A DNA stretch of 64,000 nucleotides, taken from NCBI GenBank assembly GCA_001179505.1, contig CDMY01000831.1, forward strand, positions 62,001 to 126,000. Reading direction: 5' to 3'. The notes under the pieces were generated by a model, which did not search any database, had not been told where the DNA came from, and was given only the letters and a program-made list of their open reading frames with translations. Positions 1 to 10,690 of this stretch are shown here, piece by piece. Source of the DNA: Vitrella brassicaformis CCMP3155. Taxonomy: Eukaryota > Protista > Chromerida. Positions within the stretch are counted from its first letter, which is position 1; each line of letters begins with the position of its first letter. A program made the translations under genes and the position numbers.

Positions 1-235
1 GCATGTAGGGTCCATTCGTGGAGCCATGAGCCGTGTCCTCCTCCCCACCAGCCACCGTTGACCGTCACGCCCGCCACATCACACACATCCGTCCACACCA
101 ACAGCAACAGACCACACAGAACACACAGACGGGCAAAGCCCCCGACTGTCTGCCTGCCTGCCTGTCTGACTGTGGCGAGCCAATGAAGGAGTATGGGAGC
201 AGAAGGTACTACCCCTCGTGTCGCATTGCCATGGC

Positions 236-1048
236 CTAACGGTAAGACTTTTGGTATCTGGCGCGTGCGCCCCGACCGCCGAATTTCTTGGGTTCGCATC
301 TTCTGGGGTCTGCGACGAAGAGGGACCGGTCGTAGGCGTTGAAGGTGTCCTTGAGCTCCTTCTTGCTCGACTCGTCCACATCTGACACACGAGACACACA
401 CGGACAGACGGAGGGATGGAATGGACGCGTCATGTCACACACAGCCGGCAGGCCGTGATGTGCGTTGTGGTGTTGTGTTGCTTACACTTCTGGTAGTATG
501 CGAGGATGGCCTTGGCGATGGCTTGACGAATGGCTGATGAGAACACAACGGACGACACGACACAGATGAGAGATGAGGCAAGCCAAGCCACCTCTGGCGG
601 TCTGGTGTTGGTGTGTCTGCGTAGCACCATAGATCTGTGAGGTGTATCCGCCGCCCTTGACCCTCAGCCTGATGTCGATGCTCTCGAACTTCTTCTTCCC
701 CAGTATCAGCACCGGCTCGAACAGCTTCACGCGCAGGATCTCGGGACGCATCAAATCCAACGGACAACCATTGACCTAACGGGATACAGAAGCCAACCAC
801 CACACATCAAACACACACAGGGTGCGGTGCAGGCTGACGCTGACGCCCACCTTGATGTGCCCAGATCCCTCCTGGCAGAGGGCCACAGCCACGGCATTCT
901 TCTGAGAGGCACAGCAACGCACAGACAGACAAGAGGGAGGGAGTGACACGGCCATCCAGCTCACAGACCACCCCATGTCGGTCGCGCCCACCTTGCGTCC
1001 GAACGTCTGGACCCTCTTCGTGGGCTCCTTCTCCTTCTTGCCTTCCAT
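236..1048 (-). CDS. RPS16: 40S ribosomal protein S16 (uS9), 5 coding exons
   Basis: Exons join to [19 protein letters not shown]|[17 protein letters not shown]|[32 protein letters not shown]|[16 protein letters not shown]|..[31 protein letters not shown]. The C-terminus is the classic uS9 one. ATG at 1048, TAG at 236-238. Confidence 0.98.
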
Positions 1049-1204
1049 GCTGGCAGGCTAGACAGGCTGAGATCAGGAGCTAGCTGAACACGCACAACGC
1101 ACAAACCACACAGATCTCTGCCTGTAGGTCTACCCGGTGCAGCTTTTCACTCTCTCCCTTCTACTATACCCCTCCCTCTCCTCATCCCCCTCTTTGGTGT
1201 ACCT

Positions 1205-1304
1205 GTTCGTTCGTTGCGACCTTCTTCTTTTTGCGAGCTTGCAGATCTCCCCCCCTCTAAGCTCGCAAACACACACAAAATAGCAGCGCCAGAGAAAGGG
1301 CGAG
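1205..1304. promoter_or_regulatory. Bidirectional promoter of RPS16/RPL13 with an 11-bp inverted repeat
   Basis: Lies between putative 5'UTR-intron donors of the two divergent genes (minus-strand GTACAC near 1202, plus-strand GTGAG at 1305). Contains TTTGCGAGCTT (1230-1240) and its exact reverse complement AAGCTCGCAAA (1259-1269). Confidence 0.7.
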
Positions 1305-1439
1305 GTGAGCAGGGAAGGAGGGAGGAGGCAGGCCAACGCATCTGGCTGGTCAGCATCCTCAGATCTGTGCCGTTGCCATCTGTGCGGTGGGTAATCTCAG
1401 GCTGTAGTGTGCCGCTGGGTGGTGGTTTGGTTGGTCAGG

Positions 1440-2303
1440 ATGGTGAAGCACAACAACGTATTGCCCAACGTGCACTTCCACAAGTACTGGCAGCGGTACG
1501 TCAAGACTTGGTTCAACCAGCCAGGCCGCAAGAAGAGCCGCCGACTCGCGAGGCAGAAGAAGGCCGCAGAACTCGCACCCCGACCCGTCGCCAAGCTCCT
1601 CCGGCCGGTGGTGCACCCGCCCACGCAGCGCTACAACCTCAAGGTCCGACGGGGTCGCGGATTCACTCTTGAAGAACTCAAGGTCAGTCCGTTGCACACA
1701 ACACACATGGGGGAGGATGGGAAGACGGTACTCATGTGTGCGTGTGTGTGATCAGGAGGCTGGCATCTCCCGCAAGACTGCCCGCACGATCGGCATCTCT
1801 GTGGACTGGCGTCGCAAGAACCGGAGCATGGAGTCGCTCAACACTAACGTGGACCGCCTGAAGGAGTACAAGTCCAAGCTGATCATCTTCCCCCGCAAGA
1901 ACAAGGCCAAGACCGGCGACACCGAGCGCAGCGAGATCCAGAACGTCCAGCAGAACGCCTCAAAGGACATCATCCCCATTCCCAAGCCCTCGCTGCGCAT
2001 CAAGGTGGGAGAGAGAGGGAGGGACGCTGGGTGCGGTGCATCGATCACTCTACACACGTTTTTGTGGATGTGAATGTGTGTCAGGCTCGTGCCATCACTG
2101 ACGACGACAGGCAGTTCGAGGCCTACAACACGCTGCGAAAGGCGAAAGTCGACGCCAAATACGTAAGACACACATAGCTAAAGGGCCACGGGCAAGACCA
2201 CACACACTTCGCTCATTCTCGTTTGGTGTGTCTGTGTGTGCAGTTCGGCCGTCGCGAGAAGCGTGCAAGGGAGAAGGCTGAGGCGGCTGAGCAGAAGAAG
2301 TAA
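1440..2303 (+). CDS. RPL13: 60S ribosomal protein L13 (eL13), 4 exons
   Basis: [44 protein letters not shown]|[46 protein letters not shown].. with GT-AG introns. Stop TAA at 2301-2303. Confidence 0.98.
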
Positions 2304-2603
2304 ACCGCACACCGCCCACTCGTTTCCCAGTGACCGACCGACCGGCGGTTTGCTCACGGACGGTGGGCATGGGTGAGTGAGCCGTCCATCCCAGCCGACA
2401 GCTCGGCAGGGATGGATGGATGGAGTGCGTGTGTGTGCGCGGGGTTCGTGTATCTCTGGTGCGTTGTCAGTCAGAGACGCGACAGACGAACAGTGCGGCT
2501 GTCTGGTGGTGCGTGGCCTGCATGGTGCATGGTATGGTCGATTGACCGCTGCAAGTGCGCCCTCGTGGGCTGAATGTGATGCCTTCTCCTTCTCCAGTGC
2601 CGT

Positions 2604-2651
2604 CCCCCTAAGCCCACCCACCGATGACCCCCTAAGCCCACCCACCGATGA
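2604..2651. repeat. Perfect tandem duplication, 2 x 24 bp
   Basis: CCCCCTAAGCCCACCCACCGATGA occurs at 2604-2627 and 2628-2651, downstream of RPL13. Confidence 0.9.
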
Positions 2652-3306
2652 CCAACCAAATTTGCACCTTTAACCGACAGCTGCCGATAGGAGGGTGCAA
2701 TGACACCCACCACCACACGTCGATCCATCGGAATCAAGTCATTGTCGCAGCACCCACCATACATATGGACAGCTAGCTAATTGTGACCTCACTCGCCCAC
2801 ACAGGCGCACTGCAACCATCGGTCAGGCAGCATTAATTCACTCGGGGGAAACTGGGCAGGCAGACAGGCAGGCACTGCAAGCTCACTCAGTCAGCTCAAA
2901 TGGACAGACAGGACGCATCACCTTGCTTGCTTGCTATGGATGAGCCATCCATCCATCCATCCATACATCCATCCATGGTCGGTGCGTGCGGCGGGGTGCG
3001 GTACACAAGTCAGTCAGTCAGTCAGTGAGGTCTGGCAGCCATCCCTCGTCCCTGTCTATCGCATGCTTCATGCCATTGTCCCGCTCCATTAGATGCACAA
3101 ATACATTACAGCCCAACCACACCCACACCCACACACGCAAAGACATTCCCCGCCTCCCCTCCCCCCTCCCCCCCCTCTACACCCCCCCTACAGCGACGCA
3201 CGCAGGCAGGCCACAGCCAGCGACCGATCCAGCCAATGAACGACTAAACAAAACAGCTCTTGTCGTATGCGACTGGCTGATCGGCTGGCTGGCTACGGGG
3301 TTGGGT

Positions 3307-6300
3307 TCACTTGCTGGTGCCCTTTTTGCCCCCTCCGGCCTTTTTGTAGCCCTCCTGCCTTTGCCTCTTGCGCTCCTCCTCCCTGGCCTTCTTTTCCTTC
3401 TCCTTCTCCTCCTCCTCTATCAAAAGGTTGGCCTGCTTGTCGGCGTGCTTCGCCTTGTCGTTGGCACCACTCTTGGTCTTGATCACCTCAGCCACATTCT
3501 CGCCTATCGACTCGCGGCTGTCGCTCCCGCGCCGCCATAGGGCCCCTATCAGCTTGTTGTAGTAGGAGCTGCTGCTGCTGCTGCTGCTGGCGGCAGCCGA
3601 GTCCGCGGCAGTGTGGGAGTCGCCGCTCGTCGCGTTGTCCTTGGCTGATGCCTTCTGGTGCTTGCTGCCCTTGCGCGGCCGGCTGTTTGGGGGGCTGGGG
3701 GAGGCGGACGGGGGAGAGCCGTCGGTGGCTGCTGCTGCTGCTGCTGCTGCTGCGAGGGACTCCTCTGCGGCTCGGTCGACAACGGTACTGGAGGAACTGC
3801 CCAGCTTGAAGAAACTGGGAACCTACATGACCCCAGGCGACACGCGAAGGAATTCGTGCATATGATGCATGGACGCTTTGTCCGTGTGGGAGTGGTGTGC
3901 TGTCTTACCCATCTGCTAAAGCTAGACGACGACTGATGCGGCAGCAAGGGCGACCTATCATGGCCAGTGGGCCCGTCCTGCCCCTGCGGCTCCTCCTCGT
4001 CCTCATCACCATCCCCCTCGCCCTCTTCTGCCTCCTCGACATCTTCCCGCCTCTTGCTGTGTTTCTTGCCCTTCTTGCCCTTGTGCCGCCGCCTGGTCGA
4101 CCTGCCGAAAGTGGCTGCCTCTGTGTCGGCAGGGGAGCCGGGGTGGTCCTCACCCTCATTGGCCTCATCGGCGTCTTCGTTGGGTGGGCGGACGGTGGCG
4201 GGCTCAGTTGGTTCATCCTTCGGAGCTGGTGGCTCTTGGCCGATGGTGGCGGCAGCGGGCGACGGCTCCTCCTCCGCTTGTGGCTTGTCTGCCGTCTTGT
4301 CGGTGACGACCGGCTCTTCCTTGTCTGTCTTGGGTGGGAGTGGTGGTGTCCCGCTGCTGTCCTTGTCCTTGTCTTTGCGCGGCTTGCGTCTGGCCGTCTT
4401 GGCCGCCTCACGCGACAGGTCCTCGCCCGTGGCCTGCGATGCCCCTCCGTCTCTACTGCCGGTCGAGGGCGCCCCCTCCGCCCCCTCCTCGGCTGCACTG
4501 GCAGCAGCAGCCACCGACCCCTTCTTGGGCCCATCGACCTCGCCGCTTCTGGAGGACTTGGGGCGGACGGCCCTCCACCCATCCCTCTCGTCCTGCGTCG
4601 GGGGCGCCTTGGTGTCGATCAGGGGAGGGGGCGGCAGATCCACCACCGAATCGACTTTGACATTGTTGGGGGCGGGAGAGGGGGGCGAGGGGGCGCTCTT
4701 CTCCTTCCACTCAGAGGCCGGTCGCCCCGCAGATGACGACGATGCTGCTGGTGCCCGCGGGGGGCATTGTCGCTGCTGCCTGGTGGGTGCCTGGTGGTTG
4801 GCCTTGGGCTTGGTGCCGCCGCTCCCTGGCGCCGAGGAGAAGGTCACTGGTCGCACAGAAATCTTGTTGCTGCCGCTCTCGGCTGGCAGGGGTGGCATGT
4901 CTGGGGTGGGCAGCAGCCCGGGGCCGCCATTCAAGTTCCCATGATCGCGCCGCTGGCCCCCACTCACACCATTGACCCCATTGAGCATGTGGTCGTGCTG
5001 GCCCTCCTCCGACCGATGATCGATGGGGCGCCCACCGCCCCCACGACCGTTGCGCATGCCCTTCCGGCTGTCACGTCGGTTGTCAGGGAGTGCCAGGCCC
5101 CGCCCGGCAGAACGACCGTTGGTCATGCGATGATGGCCGCTGCCGCACGGGCCGGGAGGGGGTGGTGGGGGCGGCGGGGGAGGTGGGGGCGGGGGCGGGG
5201 GCGATGCACAGGACGACGCAACAGCAGCATCGGCAGGGCTGTAGCCGTTCTGCATGGGCTCGTAGTGCCACCGGCTGTCGTCCTTGCCACCGTCAGCAGC
5301 CGACCCCCACTCCTTCTCGTAGACGTCACGGTCTACCGAGGCCGAGGGCGCCTCGCGGCCAGCCGGGGCCGGTCGATGGTGCGTGCCGGTGACCCCGTTG
5401 GTGGTGCTCGCCGACTGACCGGAATATGCATAGACGTTGACGGTCCGCTTCGGTGGCCGGGGGGCGGGGGGCGCGTCGATGGCCGTGGGGCTGGCCTGCA
5501 GGGGGGTCGTGGCAGCAGGTGTCGTCGCCGCCACGGGGATCTGCATCTCGGCGCACCGCAGGGGGCCGTAGCTCTCGAGGAAGAAGTCGCGACACGCCTT
5601 GCGGTTGAATCTCGCTGGCGAGTCCGTCTCCATGCCGCAGCTCCGTGGGCAGTTGAAGTGGGCCTCCCCCTGCGGCCCCGAGTACTCGGTGCAGGTGCTC
5701 CAGCAGGTCACACACATGACCAGGTCGCAGCAGGTGCCCCTGATGAGGTAGCGGTGCCTGTGCTCGCTCGTGCACTTGGGGTTGCCGCATCCCGCCTTGA
5801 GCGTGCCCTCGTCGGTCACCAACACCAGACCACACGGCGGAGGCCTCAGCGGCGGAGGGGGCGCCCCCACCACCAAAGGAGGCAGGCTGCCCGCAGCACT
5901 CGCAGGTGGGCGGATGCCGTCTCGGCTGCCCCACACGGACGGCGATGGTGGCTGTGGGTGTGCGGGTGGCTCGTCTGTGTCGCTCGGGGGGCTAACGGGC
6001 GGGGGCGATGGGTGCGACATCAACGGGGCGGCGGGGCTGACGGTGCGGCCGCCGCTGGGGCCTGGGAGGGGCGACATGGGCGTCTGTGAGTCGAAGGCTG
6101 CCGTGAAGTAGGCGTACAGGTCGTTGTGCCTGCAGATGGGGCACTCCGTCACGAACACACGCGTGTTCTGAATCAATCAAGAACAACATACAAAGCGATA
6201 AAGTTAGAGGGACGTGTGTGTGTGTGTGTGTTTCAGTCGGTAGCTGCTTCGCTGTGTGTGTGTGTCCTTACGTCCTGGAGGAGGGTCGTCCTGCGATTGT

Positions 6301-8370
6301 AGGTGAGGTGGTCGTTCGCACAGGTGCTGCACACTATCTGCACACAGCCATCCAGCCATCCACCCACCAGCAACACACCATGTGTAAAGAGTAGAGTGTG
6401 TGGACGTGTGTCGGTCATGATGGTGTAGGTAGGTGATTGCAATGCATACCTTCTTGCAGCACGGCAGTCTGAGCAGCTCCTCCCGACATGTGCAGATGGG
6501 GCACTGCATGGTCTTCTGCCCCGTGCCGTTGCCGTCCGCACCCTCGGCCGTCGAGTGCGAGCACACGGGGCACTCCAGGTCATCAACAGACTCCTGCACA
6601 CAACACAAGAAGTGGGGCCCACACATACACACCACACCCTCCCATGTGTGTGTGAATGTGTGTGTGTGCGTGTGTGTGGTAAGTTTGCTTGCTTCTTACG
6701 TGTTCTTCCCGCCCGAGTTTCTTCTTGCAGGTGACACACAACCGGTGGAAGCAGATCAACATGTCCTGTGGAACACACACCCCGAGGAGGGAGATGACAC
6801 ACCGTTCGTTCGATCATTGAGGCGTGGGGTGGTCGGTTGTGTCCCCAGATGACGTACCAGTGCTCGCAGCACGGTGGAGGCCCCACAGTCGCTACACTGT
6901 GCCTGGAACGCACTCATCTCCTTGAACCGACGCGTCTGGGACCTGTCGGCATGGCACCACACCACACCACAGACAGACAGACAGACAGGCAGCAATACGT
7001 ATGCCGTGTGCACCGTGTGTGTGTGCGATTGGAGACGTACGTGGCGTAGAGGAGGTCGTAGTGGCCTGGACGGAATAGGAGGACGACAGGAGTGGTGCCG
7101 GGCATCATGACCGATCCCTCGGGGTACTCGTACAGCGGACACAGAGCGTCGGTGTTGTCCTGACACACACAGAGAGAGGACATGAGTGAGTAAGTCAAGC
7201 GAGAGAGGAGAGGGAGGGGTGCGTTGCTGTCGTGTGGTTTTGTTTTGTCACCAGCTGCACGATGTGGATGTTGACGTTGAGCGCTATCGAGGCCACGGCA
7301 AACACCAAACCGCCCTCCGCCTCACGACCTGACACACCCACACACAAATACAGATACAGATGCAGATACACCAACACAACCTCAGCCCCTCAGCCACGAT
7401 GGATGCATCAGTCCCTCCCTCCCTCCCTCCCTCCTCCGCCTCTCACCCATCTCCATGATCTCCATCTCCACGTACTGCTCCACACTCTGGAAAAACTCCT
7501 CCTCAGCAGCCTGTCCCTGCTGTCCCTGCTGCTGCGTGGCGCCCGAGCTGCTGCTCTTGCCGCCACATGCCTCCTGCAGTGTGGGTGAGTCGGCGGGGGA
7601 CGACGCGTCGCCGGCGCTGGGGCTGGGGCTGGAGGTGGCGGGGATGGGGTAGGTCGACACGTACTCGGAGATGGTCAGCACACCGTCCTCAGAGGGCGTC
7701 ACAGACTCGTCGGCGTGCTCCAACATGTACTTGCGCACCAGCCGGCGGAGCATCTTGACTGAATGAAGCAAAGGAGAGAGAGGAGGGACAGGACAGGACA
7801 GGACAGGACAGGACAGGACAACTCACATGACACGGCGCGATTGTGCTTTACTATGCTGTGGTGTAGGTAAGTGTGGTTACAAAGGTAGGTACCTATGGCG
7901 AGGTCCAGGTCAGCGTCGGTCATGAGTTGCCAGTAGAGCTCACTGCCCCTGAGGCACTGCAAACGGCCATACTGCACCGCCAGGTCATCCTCCGCCAGCA
8001 CATCGGCAGGAATGTCAAAGTTGTACGCGGCCGTCTCGCGCAACTCCAGCAGGGCGAAACCCAACGCACGATAGAAGCAGTTCCCTGCACCACACAACAA
8101 ACACACCACACACCAAGCCAAGCCGCCGAAACGACACACCAGGTCCACGCCATTGCAATCAACGCCCCTGGCGACCCATCCCTTTTTTCTTTCGTGGCCA
8201 TACGCACCATCGCCCCGGACGCGTCTGAAGCTGTCATAGGTCTCGCAGAGTTTGTCGATCTTTTTCTGGTGGTTCTTGCTGGCATTGAAGTCACGCTTGA
8301 GCACGTCCAGGGCCAATGGGACCGACAGGGGATACCGCCTGTCCCGCCAGTTGGTCCGCACCTGCTCCAT
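3307..8370 (-). CDS. Otubain-type (peptidase C65) OTU deubiquitinase fused to three RING-like zinc fingers and a long low-complexity tail
   Basis: N-terminus has YDSFRRVRGDG|NCFYRALGFALLE (catalytic Asp/Cys) and LLFRPGHYDLLY (catalytic His). Then CSDC..CFH..CVTC..CPVC, CPIC..CCKKIVCSTC..CPIC and CGNPKC..CCDLVMCVTC..CPRSC. A phase-0 intron (3823-3908) links the Pro/Gly-rich region to a K/E-rich end with TGA at 3307-3309. ATG at 8370. Confidence 0.85.
7786..7820. repeat. (GGACA)7 microsatellite in an OTU-gene intron
   Basis: Seven consecutive GGACA units read directly from the sequence. Confidence 0.9.
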
Positions 8371-8559
8371 CAGACGCACAAGGCGGCCGAAAAGCCAAGA
8401 GGCCTCAAGACTACATCATCTGGCTCTCCTCAAGGCCATGAGTGAGGTCAACGACATCGCCTTCCAATCTGCGAGCTTACGAGCTCCAGTGGTTTCAAGC
8501 TCCACTCGCAGCGAGTGGGATGCGGAAGTAGATCTTCTTGGCTGGCTACTGTTTGTCTG
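8371..8559. promoter_or_regulatory. Divergent promoter between OTU-RING and the 2OG oxygenase
   Basis: 189 bp between opposed ATGs. TGCGAGCTT at 8470-8478, AGATCT at 8530-8535. Confidence 0.6.
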
Positions 8560-10106
8560 ATGAGTCCTTCCCGAGATTTCAGTTGCTTCAGCAGCGTCAT
8601 CACAGAGGACAAGATAGCCCACCTGGTACGGAAGAGGACCACACGGCAGACAGACACAGCCCTTCTGTCGTGGATCTCTGCCTTCTGGTGTTGTTTGCAG
8701 GTCGCTGAGGGCTTCGCAATCATCGACGTAGGCGTGGAGTGGACACGGAGGTCTGTTCATTCCAGCGCATTGATTGGATGTGCTGCGCTGTGCTGTGCTG
8801 TGTGGGTGTGGTATTGTTGGCAGGGCTGTTTCTCCCACGAGTGGGCGACTGCACTGCGGAAGGAGGCGGTATGGCTGATGGAGAGCGGCCTGCTGATACC
8901 CAACCGAACCAAGTTCGGACAGGCGCTGCTCACCAAACCAAACGTGTACAGTACAAAGAGAGGAAGAGGAACACACAGTGCACTCACAGATGCTCTCTCA
9001 CGTCCTCATTGCAAGTTCGTTCTGCGCGTGTCAGCTACGAGCTGGACCTGCACGGCGAGGCCCGGTCCAAGGTGCCTGAGTTCGATGCGCTCTGGGCCAG
9101 CGACGCGTTGGTGGAGGCCTTGTCGTGCTGCCTGAAGTGGCTGGGGTCAAGTGTGGAGCTGTTGAAGGGGACAGAGGCGCGGAGCATCAAGATACAGTGC
9201 AACAGGGGCAGCGGCGGATGCTTCCCATTCCAGTGAGCAAACTGAGCAGGAGCAGCCAACGGATTGATCTGCCGTCTATCTATCGTGTGTGATGTGTATG
9301 TGTGTGTGGTGTGTGTCAGCTATGACAACGCGGGCCCGCCGTGCAACCGAAAGGTCACATGTCTGGTGTACCTCAACCCCGACTGGCAGGAGGGCGATGG
9401 CGGTGAGATCGTGCTGCTGCCGTTCCTGAAGGAGGCTGTGGTCGTCCCGCCCCTTATGGCCCGCATGGTCATCTTCTGGTGCTGAGTGAGTGAGGCCAGC
9501 CGACCGATGGATGAGCCGATGGATGGATGGCTAGTCGATGGATGGCTGGCTGGCTGGATGGATGGGTGGCTGATGGATTGACAGGTCCGACAGAGTGCTG
9601 CACCGAGTGATGCCATGCCATGCGGAAAGGTGAGTGAGACCCGACGTCAGACTCTCCGTTGGGTTGATATGATACCTGGGCATTGCCTTGTGTGTATGTC
9701 TGGTTTGCCTGCCTGTTTGCAGGTATTGTTTCACGATCTGGGTGGATGCCCCTGCTGACAAGGTCAACACACCCCAGGAGACCCAACTGCGCCTGAGCCC
9801 CAGTGCCCTGGACGATCCCGATGCCCTCATCGAGGCACTCAGACTCTCACCCCTGCAAAGGTCCGCACGCCCACATCCTCATACACACACGTCATTTTGT
9901 GCGTCCATCCGTGTGCCGCATGCAGGAGTCTGTCCCGAGCTGTGTATGACGAGGAGTATGAGGAGAGCATCTCACAGTGCATGGCTGGGGCGCCGGGGTG
10001 CCAGGAGATGGTACAGGCACACCGGATGAGTGTGGATGCGAGTCGGCAGAGCGCAGGGCTCAGGAAGCTTATTGATCTGCTCAGGCAGCACAAGCCACAC
10101 AGATAG
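8560..10106 (+). CDS. EGLN/PHD-like 2-oxoglutarate Fe(II) oxygenase (prolyl hydroxylase-like)
   Basis: Spliced product has GGCFPFH|YD (HxD), RKVTCLVYLNPDWQEGDGGEIVL, SDRVLHRVMP (distal His) and RYCFTIW (2OG-binding Arg), the motif order of EGLN-type hydroxylases. Confidence 0.85.
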
Positions 10107-10480
10107 CTGTGTGTGTACATGGTTTGCGCGCAGTCAGTGACTCTTGATGATGCGTGTGGGAACTCATGGCGATATCCAATGGGACTTCACATATATTAGA
10201 TCTGATGAAAGCCATCAGTCGACGAATGAATGCATGTCTGTCATCATGTCATTGGACGTGTGGCTATCATCCATCACTTCAGGGACCCCGATAAATTCAG
10301 TCTCATGGAACGCCATGCATGTCTCACAGGCACACAAAACACTCACTGCATGACACACTACAAACCATGCACTGACATTACATACACTGTGCATGTGAGA
10401 GATGCGAGAGCCACATAAATACGCACACACACACATACAGAGATAGAGAGGATCTACACAAAACCGAGAGGATTAGAGCT

Positions 10481-10690
10481 GAGATCCACGCAAAAGGGAG
10501 AGGGAAAAACGTACAAAGGCCCACTAATTGTCCATTCCACGCACTGCTCACTCGTCGTATGCATTTGCCTAGAGGTATGAGAAAAGACAGACATCCTCAC
10601 ACATGAGTTCCACGCCAAAGAGAGAAGGCAAAACGTGCAAAGGATGCCAACGAATTGTCCGTCCATTCCACACACTGTTCATTCAGTCAT
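10481..10690. repeat. Imperfect ~80-bp direct repeat at the 3' end of the ankyrin-RING gene
   Basis: 10481-10560 (..ccacgcaaaagggagagggaaaaacgtacaaagg..aattgtccattccacgcactgctcactc) aligns with 10605-10690 (..ccacgccaaagagagaaggcaaaacgtgcaaagg..aattgtccgtccattccacacactgttcattc). Confidence 0.75.

Noticed and set aside
2604-2651. 24-bp and 23-bp (60331-60397) repeats as possible CRISPR-like arrays
   Set aside because: Units are directly adjacent with no spacers, the context is eukaryotic, and there are no cas genes.
3967-6089. Long plus-strand ORFs (325 aa and 440 aa)
   Set aside because: Antisense shadows of the GC-rich, low-complexity OTU-RING exon; no motifs and no splice context.
10145-10205. 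TGATGA...CTGA spaced like a C/D box snoRNA
   Set aside because: No terminal stem and no rRNA complementarity I could recognise; the boxes are short enough to occur by chance.
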